In this document: positions 49,229 through 59,067 of the stretch, piece after piece
Numbering within the stretch: position 1 is the first letter of the stretch
Layout of the letters: every line of letters starts with the position of its first letter
NCBI GenBank assembly: GCA_963785075.1
Contig: CAWATW010000003.1
Span: forward strand, 70,256 to 134,255
DNA from: an uncultured bacterium
GTDB lineage: Bacteria; Actinomycetota; Acidimicrobiia; Spongiisociales; ZC4RG35
Length of the DNA: 64,000 nucleotides
Direction of reading: 5' to 3'
Notes under the pieces: generated by a model
Told to the model about the DNA's origin: nothing
The model's database searches: none
What the model saw: the letters and a program-made list of their open reading frames with translations, nothing else
Position numbers and translations under genes: made by a program

Positions 49229-50977
49229 ATGGACATTCTCAGGATCGCCAACTGCTCAGGGTTCTACGGCGACCGGCTGTCGGCGGCGCGCGAGATGGTC
49301 GAAGGAGGTCCGATCGACGTACTCACAGGGGATTATCTCGCCGAGCTGACGATGGCCCTTCTGTGGAGGTCTCGTATGAAGGACCCGGAAGCGGGATACG
49401 CCTCCACGTTCCTGCGACAGATGGAGGAGGTCCTCGGAAGCTGCCTGGATCGCGGCATCAAGATCGTCGTGAATGCAGGTGGTCTCAACCCAGCCGGATT
49501 GTCCGCCAAGCTCACCGAGTTGTCGACGAGGCTCGGCCTGACACCGATCATCGGACACGTGGAGGGAGACGATCTCCTCGACCGGCTCGACGAGATCCGA
49601 GGAGCCGGCCACGAGCTTCGCAACATGGACACCGGTGCATCGCTGTACGACTCCGGTCTCGAGCCGGTGACGGCCAACGCGTATCTCGGCGGCTGGGGGA
49701 TCGCCGCTGCGCTCGGGATGGGCGCAGATGTGGTCGTGACGGGAAGGGTCACCGACGCCGCTCTGGTCATCGGGCCGTCTGCGTGGCACTTCGGGTGGGC
49801 GCCCGATGATCGGGCGCAGCTTGCGGGTGCGCTGGTCGCGGGTCACATCATCGAGTGTGGCGCTCAGGCGTCGGGTGGGAACTACAGCTTCTTCCGGGAG
49901 GTACCGAGTCTCGAGCACGTTGGTTTCCCCCTGGTGGAGATGCACGACGACGGCACGTTCGTCGTGACGAAGCACCCGGGCACGGGGGGCCGGGTCTCCG
50001 TAGGAACGGTCACCGAACAGCTGCTCTACGAATCGGGTGGTCCCCGATACCTGAATCCGGACGTCACGGCTCGCTTCGACACGATCGACCTGACCCAGGA
50101 AGCCGAGGATCGCGTGCTCGTGGCCGGGGTCCGTGGTGAACCCGGACCACCCGACCTCAAGGTGGCGATCAACCACCTCGGCGGGTTCCGCAATTCGGTC
50201 ACCTTCGTGCTCACGGGGCTCGACGTCGAGGAGAAGGCCCGGCTGGTGGAAGACGCATTGTGGAGCAGCCTCGGAGGCCGTGGGCAGTACCGCGAGTCGG
50301 ATGTTCGTCTGATCCGGACCGATCAACCGGATCCCGCCACCAACGAACAGGCCTCCGCACATCTCCGGGTGACGGTCAAGGACGCCGACGCGACCAAGGT
50401 CGGTCGCGCCTTCTCACGTGCGGCCGTTGAGCTCGCCCTCTCCCACTATCCGGGGTTCCACCTCACCGCCCCGCCCGGAGACGCCACTCCTTACGCGGTG
50501 TACTGGCCGACGACCGTGCCCGTGGAACTCGTTTCGCAGCAGGTCATCGTGGGCGATTCGACGCAAACCATCGAGTCGCAGGCCCAAGCGGGCGCTGTCG
50601 ACGATCTGGCAGAGCCGCGAGTGCCGCCGCTTGCCGACGAACCGACGGTTCGCGTCCCGCTCGGCAGCGTGGTCGGAGCCCGGTCCGGCGACAAGGGAGG
50701 CAACGCCAACCTCGGAGTGTGGACCCCCAACCCCGACGCCTTCCCCTGGCTGGTCGATCACCTCACGGTGGAACGCCTTCGGTCATTGCTGCCAGAGGTG
50801 GCCCCCTTGCCGATCGATCGATTCGTCTTCCCCAACCTCAGTGCCCTCAACTTCGTGATCCACGGATTGCTCGGCGAGGGTGTCTCATCGTCGACACGCA
50901 GCGATCCACAGGCGAAGTCGCTCGGCGAATGGCTCAGGGCGCGTTTGGTCGACGTGCCGGCGAGGCTGGTGGGCTGA
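49229..50977 (+). CDS. DUF1446 (AtuA-like, acyclic terpene utilisation family) protein
   Basis: 582-aa soluble protein starting MDILRIANCSGFYGDRLSAAREM. The family assignment is from recall and is tentative. Confidence 0.5.
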   Translation: MDILRIANCSGFYGDRLSAAREMVEGGPIDVLTGDYLAELTMALLWRSRMKDPEAGYASTFLRQMEEVLGSCLDRGIKIVVNAGGLNPAGLSAKLTELSTRLGLTPIIGHVEGDDLLDRLDEIRGAGHELRNMDTGASLYDSGLEPVTANAYLGGWGIAAALGMGADVVVTGRVTDAALVIGPSAWHFGWAPDDRAQLAGALVAGHIIECGAQASGGNYSFFREVPSLEHVGFPLVEMHDDGTFVVTKHPGTGGRVSVGTVTEQLLYESGGPRYLNPDVTARFDTIDLTQEAEDRVLVAGVRGEPGPPDLKVAINHLGGFRNSVTFVLTGLDVEEKARLVEDALWSSLGGRGQYRESDVRLIRTDQPDPATNEQASAHLRVTVKDADATKVGRAFSRAAVELALSHYPGFHLTAPPGDATPYAVYWPTTVPVELVSQQVIVGDSTQTIESQAQAGAVDDLAEPRVPPLADEPTVRVPLGSVVGARSGDKGGNANLGVWTPNPDAFPWLVDHLTVERLRSLLPEVAPLPIDRFVFPNLSALNFVIHGLLGEGVSSSTRSDPQAKSLGEWLRARLVDVPARLVG

Positions 50978-51039
50978 TCCGGGCGAGGGCCTTGGGCGCC
51001 CGCGCAGGTATATGCTGGCAGCGGGCCAGGGGAGGGTCT

Positions 51040-51813
51040 GTGCCGTCACCATCCGACATCCTGTACCGCGTCTATGAGGACCGGCTGCTCAGTTCGCTCG
51101 ACCGGACCCGGTTCCCGCGACACATCGGCATCATCCTCGACGGTCATCGCCGCTACGCCCGTTCCGAGGGCCTTCCCTCCTACACCGACTCCTACCGGGC
51201 GGGTATGGCTCGATTCGAGGAGTTCATCGGGTGGGCGGAGCAGATGGAGATTCCCGCCATCACGGGCTGGGTCCTGTCGCGTGAGAACCTGGACCGACCC
51301 GATGAAGAGCTCGGCCCGTACTTCGACGTCCTCGTCGAGTTGTTTCGGCGCCTGCCTGCGTTGTGCGGGCGTTACGACATGGCGTTGCGGTTCGTCGGGA
51401 GCCTCGACCTTCTTCCGGATCATGTGGTGGCGGCGGCGAAGGCCGCCGAAGAAGCCCATCCGACCGGTACCCGCCGTTTGACGATCGCCATGGGGTACGG
51501 CGGACGTCAGGAGATCGTCGACGCGGTGAGAGACCTCGTTTCCCGCCTCGCCGGGCAGGGGATTTCTGCACAGGACATGGCCGCCCACATCGACGCGGAC
51601 GCCATCGGGCGCCATCTCTATTCGGCCGACCTCCCGGATCCCGATCTTCTGATCCGGACCAGCGGGGAATCGCGGCTCTCTGGATTTCTGCTCTGGCAAT
51701 CCGCGTACTCGGAGTTTGCATTCGTCGACGTGTTCTGGCCGGCGTTCCGGCGGGTCGACTTCCTGCGGTCTCTACGTGATTACACCCGACGTGAACGTCG
51801 GTTCGGCAAGTGA
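51040..51813 (+). CDS. uppS: Isoprenyl transferase (cis-prenyltransferase, UPP synthase family)
   Basis: Motifs HIGIILDGHRRYA, SRENLDRPDEE, LIRTSGESRLSGFLLWQSAYSEF. GTG start at 51040. Confidence 0.85.
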   Translation: MPSPSDILYRVYEDRLLSSLDRTRFPRHIGIILDGHRRYARSEGLPSYTDSYRAGMARFEEFIGWAEQMEIPAITGWVLSRENLDRPDEELGPYFDVLVELFRRLPALCGRYDMALRFVGSLDLLPDHVVAAAKAAEEAHPTGTRRLTIAMGYGGRQEIVDAVRDLVSRLAGQGISAQDMAAHIDADAIGRHLYSADLPDPDLLIRTSGESRLSGFLLWQSAYSEFAFVDVFWPAFRRVDFLRSLRDYTRRERRFGK

Positions 51814-52748
51814 GCCGGGTGTGGGTCGGGCTTCTGCTCGGTGCCCTGGTCGTCGTGGGCTGCTCGGACGCCGCCGGGTCGGGATCCACCTCTCCGGTTT
51901 CGATCTCTTCGACGACCGAGGCGCGGGCGGTGACCTCGACGACAGAGCCCGGGCCCGAAACCACGACCACCGGCGCTCCCGCCGCACGGTTCGGCGTGGT
52001 GGCTGCACGCGAAGGGGTCCTGGGGTGGTGGGATGGCAACTCGTGGGTGCAGGCTCAGAACTCGGCACCGATCGAGGGGACCGAAGCGTTCCGGGTGTTT
52101 CGGGTGGGATCGGAGCCGTCCGATGCGGTTGGTGTCGGCCTCAACGAAGGTTGTGCGATCGACGAGCCGGCGATCGGGGTCGACCTCGATCCCGATCCGT
52201 GGGCGGGCGGGTTCGGATTCGAGCCGTTCGAACCGAATCCGATCGCTCTGTCCGCACCCTGGGACGCCACTCCGCACACGATGACCCCGTTCGCTCCATC
52301 GGACACCCATGCAGAATCCGCCTCGGCGCTGCTGCTCGAACGCGGCGTCGACGATCCGTCGCCGAAGTTCGCGCAGCTTCTCCGGACCGACGTCGACGGT
52401 GATGGCGTCAACGAGGTGTTCGCGGTCGCCGAACGCAGGTCGGACCCCTCGGGCGCGCTGGTCCCTGCGCCGGCGGGCGACTACTCGATCGCTTTCGTCC
52501 GCACGGTGGCGGACGACGTCGTGAACACCCAGGTTCTCGCAGAGTGGATCGTGGTGGATCAGACCGAGGAGGGCTTCATCCAGGACCTGGTCGTCCACCG
52601 GTTCGACGCCTTCCTCGACGCCGACGATGACGGCACCGACGAAGTGGCCCTCCGCAGCTCATACTACGAAGGTTCGGGCGTGACATTGTGGGACCGACAG
52701 GGCACCGGCCCGTTCGCGGCCGTCATCTCCACGGGATGTGGAGCGTGA
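51810..52748 (+). CDS. Lipoprotein, hypothetical
   Basis: GTGA overlap with the uppS stop. Lipobox LVVVGCSD, then a Ser/Thr-rich linker and an acidic domain. Confidence 0.5.
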   Translation: MSRVWVGLLLGALVVVGCSDAAGSGSTSPVSISSTTEARAVTSTTEPGPETTTTGAPAARFGVVAAREGVLGWWDGNSWVQAQNSAPIEGTEAFRVFRVGSEPSDAVGVGLNEGCAIDEPAIGVDLDPDPWAGGFGFEPFEPNPIALSAPWDATPHTMTPFAPSDTHAESASALLLERGVDDPSPKFAQLLRTDVDGDGVNEVFAVAERRSDPSGALVPAPAGDYSIAFVRTVADDVVNTQVLAEWIVVDQTEEGFIQDLVVHRFDAFLDADDDGTDEVALRSSYYEGSGVTLWDRQGTGPFAAVISTGCGA

Positions 52749-52767
52749 TAGTCCCCAGGCGGGGATC

Positions 52768-52806
52768 GACGTTCTACGTAATACGTAATACGTAATACGT
52801 TCTACC
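52768..52806 (+). repeat. ACGTTCTACGTA-(TAATACG)x3-TTCTACC intergenic element
   Basis: Same 12-mer core as other loci, here followed by three tandem TAATACG heptamers. Confidence 0.5.
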
Positions 52807-53476
52807 TCGTCACCATGTCCGGATCGAGGTGCGTGACGTCGCCGAAGCCCATGAGGCCAAAGGCTGAACGGTTGGCTATCGGGCGGGTGGTGAGGGTGGC
52901 CACCGAGGTGTGGGCGAAGTCGAAGCGGTCCCACTCCCAGGGGGTGGGTGCCACCCCGATGAGATGGCCGAGAACCACTGCGTTCGTGCCCCCGTGTGCA
53001 ACCAGGACGACGGTCTCGTCGGCGGGTTCCGTCCACAGTCCTGGGTGGTCGGCGTCGGCCGTCACGCCGAGGCTCGCCAACGAAGCTCGAAGTCCCTCGA
53101 TGATCCTGGTGTGGAAGTCACGGAACGACTCGGCGCCGGGCATACCCTCCCACAACTCGTCGACCGGGCGTAGATTCGAGTCGCGGAGCTCCTCCAGGAT
53201 CTCGTCGTACGGGCTCCCCTCCCACTCATCCGCAGGGGCGATCTCGGCCATCCAATCGACGACCTCTGCCCGCAGCCCGGTGGCGCGCTCGAGAGGCGCC
53301 ACCGTTTGCCGTGCCCGGAGCATCGGTGAGACCCACAGATGGTCGATGTGACCCCAGCGGCGATCGACCAACCGGTCGGATTGGGCGTGACCCAGCGCCG
53401 TGAGGTGGGGATTGTTGCTGACGAGACCCCCCGGGCTCCACTCGGGTTGTCCGTGTCTGACGAGGACGATGTTCAC
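52802..53476 (-). CDS. Histidine phosphatase (phosphoglycerate mutase-like) family protein
   Basis: RHG catalytic motif (VLVRHGQPEW). GTG start at 53476 inferred. Confidence 0.7.
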   Translation of the reverse strand: MNIVLVRHGQPEWSPGGLVSNNPHLTALGHAQSDRLVDRRWGHIDHLWVSPMLRARQTVAPLERATGLRAEVVDWMAEIAPADEWEGSPYDEILEELRDSNLRPVDELWEGMPGAESFRDFHTRIIEGLRASLASLGVTADADHPGLWTEPADETVVLVAHGGTNAVVLGHLIGVAPTPWEWDRFDFAHTSVATLTTRPIANRSAFGLMGFGDVTHLDPDMVTR

Positions 53477-53565
53477 GCGTGCCAACTTACTGCCGTGTAT
53501 CCGAGTCGTGGTCGCGCCTGCCCGCGTGCAGCGTTTCGGCCCCGACTGTGGCATCCTGATCCGTC

Positions 53566-54126
53566 GTGCCAGATGCCAGCCCCGCACTCCGTGCCCTCGT
53601 GGACCACCTGATGACCCATGCGGTTCGAACCGAAGGGGGCCCCTTCGAGCTTCGCTCGGGTGAGATGAGCGCGTGGTACATCGATGCACGACAGACCACG
53701 TTCTCGGGTGAGGGAGCCGGACTGGTGGGGGCTGCAGTGCTCGAGGTGCTCGAGGGAGAGTTCGATGCGGTGGGTGGCATGACGATCGGGGCGGATCCGA
53801 TCGCCGTGGCGACGGCTATGACGGCGGCCGCCTCAGGACGTCCTCTCCAAGCCTTCTCCATCCGAAAGGAAGCCAAGGGCCACGGCACCGGTGGACGCAT
53901 GGTGGGGCCTGTGTCCTCCGGATCGAGGGTGTGGATCCTCGAGGACACCACCACCACCGGCGGCGCACTTCTCGAAGCGATCGAGGTCGCCGCGAACGAG
54001 GGTTTGGACGTGCTCGGCGCGGTCGCGCTCGTCGATCGAAGCGACGGTCTCGTGCTGCGTCTCATGAGGGAGCGAAACCTGCCGTACATCGCGCTCGTGA
54101 CCCCCGGGTTGTTGGGAGTCACGTGA
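53566..54126 (+). CDS. pyrE: Orotate phosphoribosyltransferase
   Basis: PRPP-binding motif VWILEDTTTTGGAL. 186 aa. Confidence 0.85.
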   Translation: MPDASPALRALVDHLMTHAVRTEGGPFELRSGEMSAWYIDARQTTFSGEGAGLVGAAVLEVLEGEFDAVGGMTIGADPIAVATAMTAAASGRPLQAFSIRKEAKGHGTGGRMVGPVSSGSRVWILEDTTTTGGALLEAIEVAANEGLDVLGAVALVDRSDGLVLRLMRERNLPYIALVTPGLLGVT

Positions 54127-54725
54127 TGGAGACCTTCGTCGTGCGCCGTTCGGCCTGGCGCATGTGGGGTGTGTCTCTCCTCGGCGTGCCGATGGTCGTC
54201 GTGGCACTCGACCTGCTGACCCAGCGGCGGCTCACCAACATGCTCCGTGACCTGGTGTTCCTTCCCGACGACACCCAGCTGCCGGAGCCACGCGAGACCG
54301 TCTGGGCGGTCGCCTTGCTGATCGTGGGGACCATCGCCTGTCTGTGGGGACTCAAAGAGCTCCTCGCCCCCTCCCGCATCATCGAGGGCGACGCGCTCGG
54401 TCTGCGCCTGAAGATCCTCGGCCCCTTCAAGCGCCCGCTTCTCGTGCCGTGGGATCAGGTTGCGGACATCGGAAGCGGTACGGTCGATGACGACGGAGAG
54501 CACCTTCCCGTGTTGTGGATCCGTTCCGTGGAGCCGGGCGTGTTCCCCATTGATGCCTGGGGCGCCCGTCCGATCGACGATCACACCATGGCGTTGCTGG
54601 CCGAGGACTGGGAAGTCAGCCATGTGGTCGCGGCCGAGGGAATCAGTCGCCTGGTCCTGGCCATGCGGTCACCGACGGACCGGTCGGTCGACGTGCCGTT
54701 CGACCCCGACGACATCGGTTCGTGA
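54126..54725 (+). CDS. Hypothetical membrane protein (2 TM)
   Basis: ATGA overlap with the pyrE stop. Hydrophobic helices at the N-terminus. Confidence 0.45.
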   Translation: METFVVRRSAWRMWGVSLLGVPMVVVALDLLTQRRLTNMLRDLVFLPDDTQLPEPRETVWAVALLIVGTIACLWGLKELLAPSRIIEGDALGLRLKILGPFKRPLLVPWDQVADIGSGTVDDDGEHLPVLWIRSVEPGVFPIDAWGARPIDDHTMALLAEDWEVSHVVAAEGISRLVLAMRSPTDRSVDVPFDPDDIGS

Positions 54726-55486
54726 TGCTGGTAGGCGCCCACGTTCCAAACGCCGATCCGATTGGCGAAGCGGATCGGAGGGGAGCCGAGGTCGTCCAGA
54801 TCTTTCTGTCCAATCCGCAGAGTTGGAAGAAGCCGGCTCCCAGGAACGACGCCGCAGAACTCCGAGAAGCCGGAATACCCATCTATGTTCACGCTCCGTA
54901 CCTGATCAACCCGGTCGCCGAGAACAACCGCGTTCGGATCCCGAGCCGGCGCATCCTGCAGGAGACATGCGATGCGGCAGCCGACGTCGGTGCAGCCGGG
55001 GTGGTGGTCCACGGCGGACATGTCACCGGCGACGGGTCCATGGACGAAGCGTTTCCACGGTGGCGCAAGGCTCTCGACCAACTCGACACGACCGTGAAGG
55101 TGCTCATCGAGAACACCGCAAGCGGTGACCAGGCAGTCGCTCGTCGGGTCGAAGGCATACGGCGCCTGTGGGATGAGATCGGTGACACCGGTGTTGGGTT
55201 CGTGCTGGACACCTGTCACGCCTGGGCCGGCGGCGAACCACTCCACGAACTCGTGCCTCGGCTCGTGGATGTCGTCGGTGACATCGATCTGGTCCACTGC
55301 AACGACTCACGAGATCCTTTCGATTCCCACCGCGATCGCCACGCCAACCTCGGAGCCGGGGAGATCCCCGAGGCGGAGATCGTCGGAGTCGTGCGCGCGG
55401 CGGATGCGCCGGTTGTCATCGAGACGCCGGGAGATACGGACGATCACCGAGCAGATATCGCGTGGCTGCGCGAACGTCTGCACTAG
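54722..55486 (+). CDS. nfo: AP endonuclease family 2 (endonuclease IV-like, TIM barrel)
   Basis: Xylose-isomerase-like TIM barrel with conserved His/Asp/Glu metal ligands ([28 protein letters not shown]). Confidence 0.75.
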   Translation: MMLVGAHVPNADPIGEADRRGAEVVQIFLSNPQSWKKPAPRNDAAELREAGIPIYVHAPYLINPVAENNRVRIPSRRILQETCDAAADVGAAGVVVHGGHVTGDGSMDEAFPRWRKALDQLDTTVKVLIENTASGDQAVARRVEGIRRLWDEIGDTGVGFVLDTCHAWAGGEPLHELVPRLVDVVGDIDLVHCNDSRDPFDSHRDRHANLGAGEIPEAEIVGVVRAADAPVVIETPGDTDDHRADIAWLRERLH

Positions 55487-55584
55487 CCGGCCGCAGACGG
55501 CCGGCTGCAACCAGCCTTCGGTCCGCGATCACCCGATTGCCGTACTCAGGGCTCCGGTGATCCGTCCCGAGTGCAGCGAGGTGC

Positions 55585-55989
55585 GTGGTTCGTGCTTCAA
55601 TCGCAGGTATGGACTTCCTCATTGCTGCACACTCTGGACTCCGTTGGATCGTGCTCCTGATCATGCTCGGCGTGATCCTCTTCGCCGCTCAGAACCGAAA
55701 CGCAGAGTCGTGGCCCGGTGGAGCCATCAAGCCGTTCCTGTTCTCGGCGATCGCGTTCGACATCCAGGTGACGCTCGGGATCGTCGTCTACCTGGCGGGA
55801 CAGGCATGGGAGGAGAATGTCTTCCTCGCAGTGATCCACCCGCTCGTCATGCTGGCAGCGCTCGGCGTGTGGCACATGTTCGTCGCCCGGGCCAGGAAGG
55901 CAGCGGCACCATCCTCCTATCGCACACTGCTGCTGGGCGGGGTGGTGTCGCTGGCACTTGTGATCGCCGCGATTCCTTGGGCGAGCTGA
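55585..55989 (+). CDS. Small membrane protein (4 TM), hypothetical
   Basis: Hydrophobic 134-aa ORF. Confidence 0.4.
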   Translation: MVRASIAGMDFLIAAHSGLRWIVLLIMLGVILFAAQNRNAESWPGGAIKPFLFSAIAFDIQVTLGIVVYLAGQAWEENVFLAVIHPLVMLAALGVWHMFVARARKAAAPSSYRTLLLGGVVSLALVIAAIPWAS

Positions 55990-56042
55990 GGGGCCGCCGC
56001 TCGGCGGGTTCGGGCCGGGGACCGATCCTGGCCGCAGCAACA

Positions 56043-56846
56043 TTGTTCGGATCGACCGGCACGGCTCAGGCCCTCGGTCCCGGGGGCTCAGATCCGTTCT
56101 CCGTGGGGCTGATGCGGCTCTTGATCGGCGGCAGCGGTCTCCTCATCGTCGCCTTGATGGGGCGACGATTGCATCTGCGGAACGTCCCGTACGGTCCCGC
56201 AGCGGTGGGTGCCCTGGCAGTCCTCGGGTATCAGCTCGCCTTCTTCGCCGGTGTGCGGGAGTCCGGAGTCGCAGTGGGAACACTGGTGACCATCGGAAGC
56301 GCTCCGGTGCTTTCCGGCGTGGTGGCATGGGCGGCGCTGGGGGAACGCCCGACGAGGCGATGGACGGGCTCCACGCTTGTCGCCGTGGTGGGGATCGGGC
56401 TGATTGCGGGACCGTCCGGTGCGGCGCCTCTGTTGGGTGTCGCACTCAACCTGGCTGCAGGGATGTCGTACGCGGTGTTCGTGACCGCGTCGAAGCGACT
56501 GCTCGACACCCAGACGCCACTCGATGCCATGGCGGTCGTATTCGGAGGCGGTGCGGTGCTGGCGGGCGCAATGATGCCCCTGGCCGACCTTGGGTTCCTC
56601 ACCTCGACGAGCGGGCTGGCGATGGCCCTCTGGCTGGGATTCGCCACCACCACCCTTGCGTACGTGCTCTACGGGTTCGGCCTCCGCCACACCACCGTGG
56701 GAACTGCCGCCACGCTCACGCTCTTCGAGCCGGTGGTCGCAACCACCCTGGGAGTCGTGGTTCTCGCAGAGCGACCGCGGACGCTCGGTTGGCTCGGCAT
56801 GCTGCTGGTGATGACCGGCTTGGGACTGCTGGTGAAGCGGGGCTAA
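56043..56846 (+). CDS. DMT (EamA) family transporter; start uncertain (TTG 56043 or earlier)
   Basis: Two EamA repeats over 10 TM. The 5' 300 codons of the track ORF 55125.. overlap nfo and the small membrane gene and are rejected. Confidence 0.65.
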   Translation: MFGSTGTAQALGPGGSDPFSVGLMRLLIGGSGLLIVALMGRRLHLRNVPYGPAAVGALAVLGYQLAFFAGVRESGVAVGTLVTIGSAPVLSGVVAWAALGERPTRRWTGSTLVAVVGIGLIAGPSGAAPLLGVALNLAAGMSYAVFVTASKRLLDTQTPLDAMAVVFGGGAVLAGAMMPLADLGFLTSTSGLAMALWLGFATTTLAYVLYGFGLRHTTVGTAATLTLFEPVVATTLGVVVLAERPRTLGWLGMLLVMTGLGLLVKRG

Positions 56847-57307
56847 TAGTCGCCCGCCAGCTTCCGGTGATCCCACGAGACGACCTTCACCGGTTCCACC
56901 CGCACCACCGTGTTCTTGGTGGCGAAACGTCCATACAGTGCCTCAACGGCCGCGGCATCGATCTCCTCGAGGCCTTGCATCTTCTTCGCAACCTCGGAAT
57001 AGGTCCGCAGAACCTCATCGGGGTCCGTGCTCATCCGGGCGTGTCCTTGGATCATGACCCCGCGGAGTTCCTCATACGCCTCACCCAGCTCGGCAAGCAC
57101 GGTGAGGCGGTCGTCGCGTCGGAGATTGACGATCCGCTGGCTCTTGGTGAAGGATCGAAACGTCACGACTCCGTCGTCGAGGTAGAACCACAGGGTTGTG
57201 AGATGAGGGAACCCGTCCGCTCCGTTGGTCGCCACCTGGAGATTCCGGGCCTCACGCAACACCTGTGCCTGCTCGGTCTCGGAAAGAGAAATGTCACGGC
57301 GTGCCAC
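56843..57307 (-). CDS. Pyridoxamine 5'-phosphate oxidase family (F420/FMN-binding split barrel) protein
   Basis: PPOX-class split-barrel composition; N-terminus MARRDISLSETEQAQVLREARNLQVATNGADGFPHLTTLWF. Confidence 0.7.
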   Translation of the reverse strand: MARRDISLSETEQAQVLREARNLQVATNGADGFPHLTTLWFYLDDGVVTFRSFTKSQRIVNLRRDDRLTVLAELGEAYEELRGVMIQGHARMSTDPDEVLRTYSEVAKKMQGLEEIDAAAVEALYGRFATKNTVVRVEPVKVVSWDHRKLAGDY

Positions 57308-57322
57308 GCTCGGAGGGTAACC

Positions 57323-57377
57323 AGTCTCCGGTCCCGGGTCCCCAGTCTCCTGTCTCCAGTCCCCAGTCCCCGGCCTG
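57323..57377 (+). repeat. Heptamer array CCAGTCTCCGGTCCCGGGTCCCCAGTCTCCTGTCTCCAGTCCCCAGTCCCC upstream of panB
   Basis: Same GTCTCC(R)/GTCCCC(R) units as the 40253 and 44641 arrays. Confidence 0.5.
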
Positions 57378-57648
57378 CAGCGGCCAACGATGGAGGGCAG
57401 AGGTCGAGGGCCGGGCGGGGATCTGGCCCGTCGCTCCTCGCCGGCGAGCGCAGCGAGCCCTCGCCCCTCGCAGGTGGCTCACGTTGCGAGGTCCTTCTGG
57501 CGAATGCCGAAACAGCTGCGCTCGTTACAATGCACGTGCCGGCTTCGAGCACGGGCGACCCCGAGTGGCGGCCGAGGTTCACATCGCGGCAGAGACCACG
57601 TATGGCTACATCCCCCAACCCGCGTGGTGGGGAGAGAGGAAGCTCAGC

Positions 57649-58530
57649 ATGGGTGACGCCCATTCGAAGGTGACCGTCCCAGGAGTTCGCGCCCGCAAGG
57701 GTGGCGCCAAGCTCACAATGGTCACCGCCTACGACCACCCCACCGCCTCGATCGCGTCCGAGGCGGGGATCGACATCATCCTGGTCGGCGATTCCGTGGC
57801 CAATGCGGTCCACGGCTTCGAGACCACGCTCGAGATGGACGTCGATCTGATGGTCGTTCACGCCGCCGCCGTCAAACGCGCAAAGCCCCACAGTCTGGTG
57901 GTGGTCGACATGCCGTGGATGAGTTATCACACGGGCTCCAAGGACGCGGTACGCAACGCCGGGAAGCTGGTGCGCAAAGGCGGCGCCGAGGCTGTGAAGC
58001 TCGAAGGCGGGCGCAATCGCGTGAAGGTGATCGAGCGGATCGTCGATGCCGAGATCCCGGTGATGGGTCACCTGGGTCTCACCCCACAGTCCTATCACGC
58101 CATGGGCGGGTACCGGGTTCAGGGGCGAGATCTCGACACGGCGCGAGAGCTGATCGACGATGCCCATGCCTTGGTGGACGCAGGGGTGTTCTCCATGGTG
58201 CTGGAAGGCGTGCCTGAGGTGCTCGCAGAGATCGTGACGAAGGAGGTTCCGGTTCCAACGATCGGTATCGGCGCGGGCAACGTGACCGACGGCCAGGTGC
58301 TCGTCTTCCACGATGTCCTCGGCATCGGCGGTGGAAGGTATCCCAAGTTCGTGAGGTCGTACGCCGACCTGCGGACGCAGGCGATCGAGGCGCTGCGGTC
58401 GTTCGCCGCCGACGTCGAGAACGGAGCCTTTCCCGCCGCGGACGAGACCTATCACATGGCAGATGAGATCGCGACGGAGCTGCTCGGCGAGGCCAGATCA
58501 TCAGACGATTCCTCGCAGCTGCAGTCCTGA
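57649..58530 (+). CDS. panB: 3-methyl-2-oxobutanoate hydroxymethyltransferase (ketopantoate hydroxymethyltransferase)
   Basis: RBS GGAGAGAGGAAG before the ATG. PanB motifs ...MVTAYDHP..., ...VDMPWMSY... Confidence 0.9.
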   Translation: MGDAHSKVTVPGVRARKGGAKLTMVTAYDHPTASIASEAGIDIILVGDSVANAVHGFETTLEMDVDLMVVHAAAVKRAKPHSLVVVDMPWMSYHTGSKDAVRNAGKLVRKGGAEAVKLEGGRNRVKVIERIVDAEIPVMGHLGLTPQSYHAMGGYRVQGRDLDTARELIDDAHALVDAGVFSMVLEGVPEVLAEIVTKEVPVPTIGIGAGNVTDGQVLVFHDVLGIGGGRYPKFVRSYADLRTQAIEALRSFAADVENGAFPAADETYHMADEIATELLGEARSSDDSSQLQS

Positions 58531-58676
58531 TCACCTCGTGCGCGGGAGGCGGCTCGGCATCGACCGAGCCGCCTCTCACGTCGGGTGCCCCCCCGATCAC
58601 CGGAGCACCTGTCACAACCGCCGCCCTCGACGCGCAGACGCCCTCGTCCGTCGTCGGAGGCCTCGACACCGGCGAC

Positions 58677-59045
58677 GTGGTCGGTTTTGCGACCGCACAG
58701 GTGACGATCGGGAGTCGGGTCCTGGATGTGGCGGTTGCGGACTCGAGCGAATTGCGTCGCCGCGGACTGATGGAGGTCGACGACCTGGGTGACCTCGATG
58801 GAATGGTCTTCGTGATGGACGACGTCGTGAGAGCCGCCTTCACGATGCGCAACACGCTCATTCCTCTTCACGTGGCCTTCTTCGGCGAGGACGGGTCGCT
58901 CGTCGACGTCTTGAAGATGACGCCTTGCCCGGACGAGCCCTGCCCGGAGTATCGGCCGGCCGGTTCGTATCGATATGCGGTCGAGGTGCCGCTGGGCGGC
59001 TTCACCGGTCTCTCGGACGACGACGGGTTCTCGATCAAGCGGTGA
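58677..59045 (+). CDS. DUF192 family protein
   Basis: DUF192 core (RRRGLMEV...GMVFVM...MRNTLIPLHVAFF). An in-frame upstream lipoprotein signal (IIRRFLAAAVLITSCAGG at 58497-58550) lacks a canonical start codon. Confidence 0.65.
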   Translation: MVGFATAQVTIGSRVLDVAVADSSELRRRGLMEVDDLGDLDGMVFVMDDVVRAAFTMRNTLIPLHVAFFGEDGSLVDVLKMTPCPDEPCPEYRPAGSYRYAVEVPLGGFTGLSDDDGFSIKR

Positions 59046-59067
59046 CCCGAAGATGCCGATGTGAGGC

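Noticed and set aside
55125-56042. 5' part of the 573-aa ORF ending at 56846
   Set aside because: Overlaps nfo and the small membrane gene. Only the DMT transporter portion from ~56043 is credible.
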